DNA of 64,000 nt from Planctomycetota bacterium (lineage in GTDB: Bacteria > Planctomycetota > UBA8108 > UBA1146): the NCBI GenBank assembly GCA_036338595.1, contig JAYZBV010000015.1, positions 2,739 through 66,738 of the forward strand, read 5' to 3'. A program made the position numbers and the translations under genes. Below are positions 60,401 through 64,000 of this stretch, piece after piece (position 1 is the first letter of the stretch; every line of letters starts with the position of its first letter). The notes below the pieces were generated by a model. It worked only from the letters and a program-made list of their open reading frames with translations, was not told where the DNA came from and made no database searches.

Positions 60401-61442
60401 CCCCGGCGGGACCATTCCTCCTGACATGATTGCTGCAGCAACCGGCGGAGATGCTGCGGAAGGCCCCACCAGTTGTACTGTTGGGGGCGGCGGAGGCGGC
60501 GGCTACGCCGATGAGGGAGTCGATGGAAGCGGAGCAGGAGCCTGCACCGATCCGGAGTTCCCGGCAGCGGGTCAGGGAGGCAGCGCCTACGGTGCGGCTT
60601 CCTTCATCGTTCCGGATCCAACCACCCCCGGAGCCAGCCTTCCATTGCATGTTGGCGGCCTCGGTGGAGGTGGCGGCGGTGCGCTCTTCGACACTGATAT
60701 CGCAACCTCGATTCCGGGTACCGGAGGAGGAGGTGGTGGTGGGTACATCGAAATCACTGCCAATGGACCGATGAACATCAATCCCACAGCAGGCATCTTC
60801 GCAGTGGGAGGCAGTGCTTACCGCGCTCCCATCGGAGCTGCGGCTGGTGGTGCCGGTGCAGGAGGTGCGATCCGGGTGCGAGGGCGAAGTGTCGTCAATG
60901 TTGCTTCCGGGGCGCAACTCGATGCGAGCGGTGGGTTTGCCAATCAGCCGGTTCCAGGGAGCCCTTACCCGACGGATGGATCCAACACAGGAGGCAGTGG
61001 TGCCGAAGGCTGGGTGAGAGTGGAAACTCCACTCGGCTTCTCTGACACGGGAATCGATGTGATCCCTGCTCCTAGCATCGGTACCTTCTCGTTGTTCGGA
61101 AATGCACTGAGTTCGGCAGCTTCCACGCCTTACAATCTGGTCAGTGACGATGGAAGTTCCTACTCCAATCTGGTGTTGCAAACAGCCACCACGACGCTCC
61201 TGTCTGACAGCCCTGCAAACATTCAAATTCTCTATGAGGGCTATGGAGTCAGCGATGTTGCATCGGGGCAGACAGGTCCATTGCTGGGTATCGTGGCGGA
61301 TCCTGACCAGCTCCTGGATCCGCAGTCGATCGTGGTGAGATTCTTCCTCTACCAGGATCCGGTGAACATCGGATTCACGCCACAACTGGATCTGGTATCG
61401 ATAGGGTTCGATGAGGCACCCCCTCCTCCACCTGCTCCTTGA
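57447..61442 (+). CDS. Large glycine-rich putative lipoprotein with two tandem polyglycine modules
   Basis: LLLLFTLVFAVAAGG-C lipobox-like; IPT-like N-terminal region; many GGGGG runs; start GTG 57447 (AAGGAG) or ATG 57462/57468. Confidence 0.75.
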   Translation: MLHSEMSMRSTSLLLLFTLVFAVAAGGCNSGHRFGGQFGDPPVTEPPPPPPEPDCISPVLNNVAPVPVQGAAGSTLTLDGVNFSPVLEENRVLFRSFSNQTILEGYISNINVDTTPPTGSCGNPSFLSVVVPSGVRSGTVELFVSGVFAGADVFTAAPEIVGFAVGEDGDSVLVSDGAVFLPTDVIVVYGYNLSTVTSANIDDGSTVTPSPSVQSGTGNVNYDLPGDMEAVRVELTPFALSGDTSPLGITLTAATAALPLVSSEIQLPAATPQGPGEWSAIPPYTVAGLMPGGIRAGNIPLQFVIVGDPVRGRFDAIPEFENPIGSDNWDPCTAVEETFDGQGMVPTGFGFVGAAPFAVAPGQKMTYQWDSAADLPDGMTITKVRLQLGDPVPATAATSATGIWTSGPMVINNTLGGSAAGSVAENFESLTNYDPTAGGAVWGGGLLEFNAVAPEVSGALSVGSCSDPFFCDVILQADRTYDMNSLNGSIYDVTDDPPIEILSAGPVPGEFQMRTFAMEAGAIVQLSGPDDLPVILRCSGTGNPDDIVCLLAGTLDLSGSDGSEGVSAIGGDGGAAGPGGGAGGTGATMEVDAATQTINSVTPSTAGEFGGGGGGSLDLVIPAAIYTTRAGNAGGGGGGVRGGDGINTFSFNLSNRAENGSGGFPTMDSLGIQLNGGGGGGGGGAGTRRPTTTASPVVNNGGGGGGGGGALGIVVDGSVRITGTILLNGGNGQRGVQGTTAGAGGGGGGGSIVVRASGDLEVGATASVIAMGGFGGIQLESPNGSQIQKGGTGGDGLVRFEANGSMVFPGTLDESALLPPVGVGMGTSYGISSGTIEVGTGVIAMLLTAADSPYLADTDAGIITNGSGSLIYDNGVDGVFEFGSIQIDELALLIGVGSNSMFLRSSGGVEISGVIDVSGISGGIPDLSDPANPVPGAGGGAGAGGGAGGAAGLAQLGALTDGEDGGIPAGVPPELIYTGVPPGGDPGGTIPPDMIAAATGGDAAEGPTSCTVGGGGGGGYADEGVDGSGAGACTDPEFPAAGQGGSAYGAASFIVPDPTTPGASLPLHVGGLGGGGGGALFDTDIATSIPGTGGGGGGGYIEITANGPMNINPTAGIFAVGGSAYRAPIGAAAGGAGAGGAIRVRGRSVVNVASGAQLDASGGFANQPVPGSPYPTDGSNTGGSGAEGWVRVETPLGFSDTGIDVIPAPSIGTFSLFGNALSSAASTPYNLVSDDGSSYSNLVLQTATTTLLSDSPANIQILYEGYGVSDVASGQTGPLLGIVADPDQLLDPQSIVVRFFLYQDPVNIGFTPQLDLVSIGFDEAPPPPPAP

Positions 61443-61473
61443 TGTTGTAGCAGACAATTCTGAGTGAATATTG

Positions 61474-61503
61474 GCCCTCCCGGGACATCGGGAGGGCTTT
61501 TTT
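61474..61503 (+). terminator. Intrinsic terminator
   Basis: gccctcccg-ggacat-cgggagggc followed by tttttt. Confidence 0.88.
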
Positions 61504-61655
61504 GTCGGGACAATTCTCGGCTCAATTGCGACAGGGATCGGTCGCACAGGCGTCGATTTTCCCCTAATCTTGAGGGTGGTAAGCCTGTTTTCTTCCCCGG
61601 TGCCATGTTGGCCCAGCGGTTGAGATGGGAGACCGGATATCGCGGGGGACCCATC

Positions 61656-62726
61656 ATGCCAAGAATTGTTCATGTCATTGGAACCGGGACGATAGGCGAG
61701 CCGCTGATCGGCCTGCTCTGTCACCTCAAGGATCAACTAGGCATCGACGAGGTGACCTTCAACAAGCGCACTCCCCTCTATACCGATCGCTCCAAGGTTC
61801 GGACGCTACTCGAAAGAGGAGCATTACTATCCACTGCTCAGGAAACGATACCTGGTTTCGAGAAACTCGGAATGCGTGCTTCGTTCACGACCAGAGATGC
61901 GATCGAGCGTTCTTCAGTTGTGATCGACTGTACGCCATCCGGTTCAGGTCTTACCAACAAGGAAGAATATTACAGCAGTGCCAACGACGTGAAGGGCTTT
62001 GTTGCACAGGGATCCGAGTTCGGTTTCGGGAAGATGTATGCGCGCGGCATCAATGACGATGCCCTGATTCCCGGGACCGATCGATATCTTCATGTGGTCT
62101 CCTGTAACACACACAATCTGGCGGCCATCATCAAGACGATGGCGCTCGGAAATGGAGAGATGCCCAACAATCTGGTGTCTGCCGACTTCGTTTGCATGAG
62201 ACGGGCAAATGATGTCAGTCAGGATGCTGGATTTGCCCCCTCGCCTCAGGTTGGAAAGCACAAGGACCCGCAATTCGGCACCCATCACGCAAGAGATGCG
62301 TATCACCTGTTCCAGACCCAGAATCTGGAATACCCGCGCTTGTTCTCCAGTGCAGTGAAGATGAATTCTCAGTACATGCACACACTCAGGTTCCGGCTCG
62401 AAGTGGAGGAACCGACATCCACCGAGCAAATCCTTGAACGGGTGCGGGCAAATGACCGCCTGGCTCTGACATTTAAGAAATCGGCGAACCAGGTCTTCAG
62501 CTTCGGAAGAGATCATGGCTTCTTCGGCAGGATCCTCAATCAGACCGTGATTCCGCACGAGACACTGTCCGTGGTTGGCGGTACCCAGATCACGGGATTC
62601 TGTTTCACTCCTCAGGACGGCAACAGTCTTCTGTCATCGGTGGCGAGTTCCTGCTGGCTACTGGATCCAGATGGATACGAAGATAACTTGCAGGCACTCA
62701 AGCCCTGGTTCTTCGAGGAAGTCTAG
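61656..62726 (+). CDS. Archaeal-type (type II) glyceraldehyde-3-phosphate dehydrogenase-like oxidoreductase
   Basis: VIGTGTIG Rossmann motif, VVIDCTP, AQGSE, VVSCNTH (catalytic Cys), RRAND, GTHHARD, MH. Confidence 0.75.
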   Translation: MPRIVHVIGTGTIGEPLIGLLCHLKDQLGIDEVTFNKRTPLYTDRSKVRTLLERGALLSTAQETIPGFEKLGMRASFTTRDAIERSSVVIDCTPSGSGLTNKEEYYSSANDVKGFVAQGSEFGFGKMYARGINDDALIPGTDRYLHVVSCNTHNLAAIIKTMALGNGEMPNNLVSADFVCMRRANDVSQDAGFAPSPQVGKHKDPQFGTHHARDAYHLFQTQNLEYPRLFSSAVKMNSQYMHTLRFRLEVEEPTSTEQILERVRANDRLALTFKKSANQVFSFGRDHGFFGRILNQTVIPHETLSVVGGTQITGFCFTPQDGNSLLSSVASSCWLLDPDGYEDNLQALKPWFFEEV

Positions 62727-62759
62727 GAGCATGACCGCGGCCTTCGGCGATCACGGAGA

Positions 62760-63521
62760 TCAGGAGTCGGAGTCCTCTTCCTGATCCATCCGGATGGCCT
62801 GTTCAAGTTCGACATCTGGAAGAAGGTCATCGCTGAGCCAGCTCAGCACATTTTCAATGGGGTCCGCTGCACATCCGGGTAGCCCCTGAGGGTGGTCCCT
62901 GAGCAGTTCCAGTGCGTCGGTGATGAATGCGTTCCCGTCCGGGAAATCCCGATTCAGTACACGTTCGATGAGTTCTACAGCCTCGTCAACTCCCAGATGA
63001 GCCAGTGCCAGGGCGGTCGCTTCTGTTCTCTGCACCGGCATCCGAGGTCGAACCAGATCAGCCCTCAGGCGATCCACGATGGCCTCTCTGCTCTGTGGTA
63101 GGTCATGCAGTGAGACTCCTACGAGACACTCGATGGCGAGCGCTGCGAGTTCACCGTCGAGTTCGAAATCGCCGAGAAGTTCGATGACAGCATCGAAAGC
63201 GGGAGAGCCGATTCGTTGCATCGCCCGGATGGAGGCTCTCTGCAACACCTCATCATCCGTCTGGAGGCATCGTAAGATCACCGAGGTGGCAGGAGCACTC
63301 CGGACCTCGCCGAGAAGTAGTACCGAGCAGATCACTCCAGAGGAGAATCCCTCACCCTTGTCGAGGGTGGTTTCGAGAAGTGCGATCAACTGCTGCTCCA
63401 GGTCCGGGTCGTCAAAGACTACCTTCACCAGATCGAGGCACGCCTCCACCACGGTGTGGCTGTCGTCATCGAAGAGCGGCTCGAGACGAGGGTCTCGCTG
63501 TGGTCTTGTGGAATCCAACAT
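62760..63521 (-). CDS. HEAT/PBS-repeat-like helical protein
   Basis: LLGEVRS, VLQRASIRAMQRIG, TALALAHLG repeats; ATG 63521 avoids overlap with the divergent symporter. Confidence 0.65.
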   Translation of the reverse strand: MLDSTRPQRDPRLEPLFDDDSHTVVEACLDLVKVVFDDPDLEQQLIALLETTLDKGEGFSSGVICSVLLLGEVRSAPATSVILRCLQTDDEVLQRASIRAMQRIGSPAFDAVIELLGDFELDGELAALAIECLVGVSLHDLPQSREAIVDRLRADLVRPRMPVQRTEATALALAHLGVDEAVELIERVLNRDFPDGNAFITDALELLRDHPQGLPGCAADPIENVLSWLSDDLLPDVELEQAIRMDQEEDSDS

Positions 63522-63602
63522 TCCCTGATTGTCCCGTCTGGGAGTCAGAATTCCAGCCGATCCTGGGCTGTAGAGGAAGGTAGTTGGAGATATCCTCCTG
63601 CC

Positions 63603-64000
63603 ATGTCCTCGCTCGATTGGCTCGTCATCGGCGGCTACCTGGCTCTGGTATTGACCATCGGACTTCGTGTGTCTCGTCGTAACGACAGCGCCGATGATCT
63701 GCTGCTGGCGGGCCGTGGTCTCGGCCCGACTGCGGTGATGCTCTCGCTGATCGCCACCGAACTGTCGGCCGCCACCTTCATCGGTGTTCCCCAGAATTCC
63801 TTCGGTCAACTGAGCTGGTATTACCTGCAGTTCGCCTTCGGCGCACTGATCGCCAAACTGGTACTCTCTCGGACGCTGGTTCCGCTCTACCATCGACTCG
63901 GCGTCAAGACGGTCTACGGGTTGATCGAACACAGCTTTGGCCCGATCGCCTGGAGGGGTACCGCTCTGGCGTTCGTGGTCGGGCGGATTCTCGCCAGTGG
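63603..64000 (+). CDS. Sodium:solute symporter family protein, 3'-truncated by the window edge (not in the ORF track)
   Basis: Hand translation MSSLDWLVIGGYL..DDLLLAGRGL..SLIATELSAATFIGVP..YLQF..LVPLY..TVYGLIEHSFG. Confidence 0.9.
   Translation, partial: MSSLDWLVIGGYLALVLTIGLRVSRRNDSADDLLLAGRGLGPTAVMLSLIATELSAATFIGVPQNSFGQLSWYYLQFAFGALIAKLVLSRTLVPLYHRLGVKTVYGLIEHSFGPIAWRGTALAFVVGRILAS

Noticed and set aside
60180-61736. 518-aa antisense ORF
   Set aside because: Shadow of the glycine-rich lipoprotein gene; it also crosses a terminator and the next gene start
63522-63932. N-terminal extension of the minus-strand HEAT-repeat ORF
   Set aside because: It overlaps the clear plus-strand sodium:solute symporter starting at 63603; ATG 63521 is the better start
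1-64000. tRNA or rRNA genes
   Set aside because: No cloverleaf with T-loop and acceptor stem, and no rRNA signature, was recognised by eye; a covariance-model scan would be needed to exclude them fully

Overview
GC-rich bacterial window, probably Planctomycetota. That is inferred from the fusA-rpsJ junction with no tuf, the absence of rpmD and infA, planctomycete-style dockerin tails and a prenyltransferase-repeat membrane protein. Bases 1-18.0 kb hold the 3' part of a divergent EF-G gene and the S10-spc-alpha ribosomal protein superoperon; S17, S5 and L17 carry long low-complexity extensions. Bases 18.6-39.8 kb are the standout region. Nine paralogous, secreted, very acidic proteins of two alternating types (A1 B1 | A2 B2 | A3 B3 | B4 | A4 B5) lie in tandem, each made only of 2-3 cohesin-like domains plus one C-terminal dockerin-like domain, with no visible enzyme. 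They are followed by a ~1670-aa lipoprotein with Ig-like, FG-GAP, cohesin-like, FN3-like, IPT and dockerin modules. This is a candidate self-assembling, non-cellulosomal cohesin-dockerin surface scaffold. Bases 39.9-50.6 kb hold radC, a metallophosphoesterase, yidC, mnmE, nrdR, a hypothetical and smc. Bases 50.8-53.7 kb hold a coupled trio: a degenerate sigma54 activator, a REC-HD-GYP protein and a sigma54 activator. Bases 53.7-64 kb hold a PDZ protein, an NAD(P)HX epimerase, a prenyltransferase-repeat protein, a large polyglycine lipoprotein, an archaeal-type GAPDH homolog, a HEAT-repeat protein and the start of a sodium:solute symporter. All domain calls come from motif recognition by eye; no database search was run.
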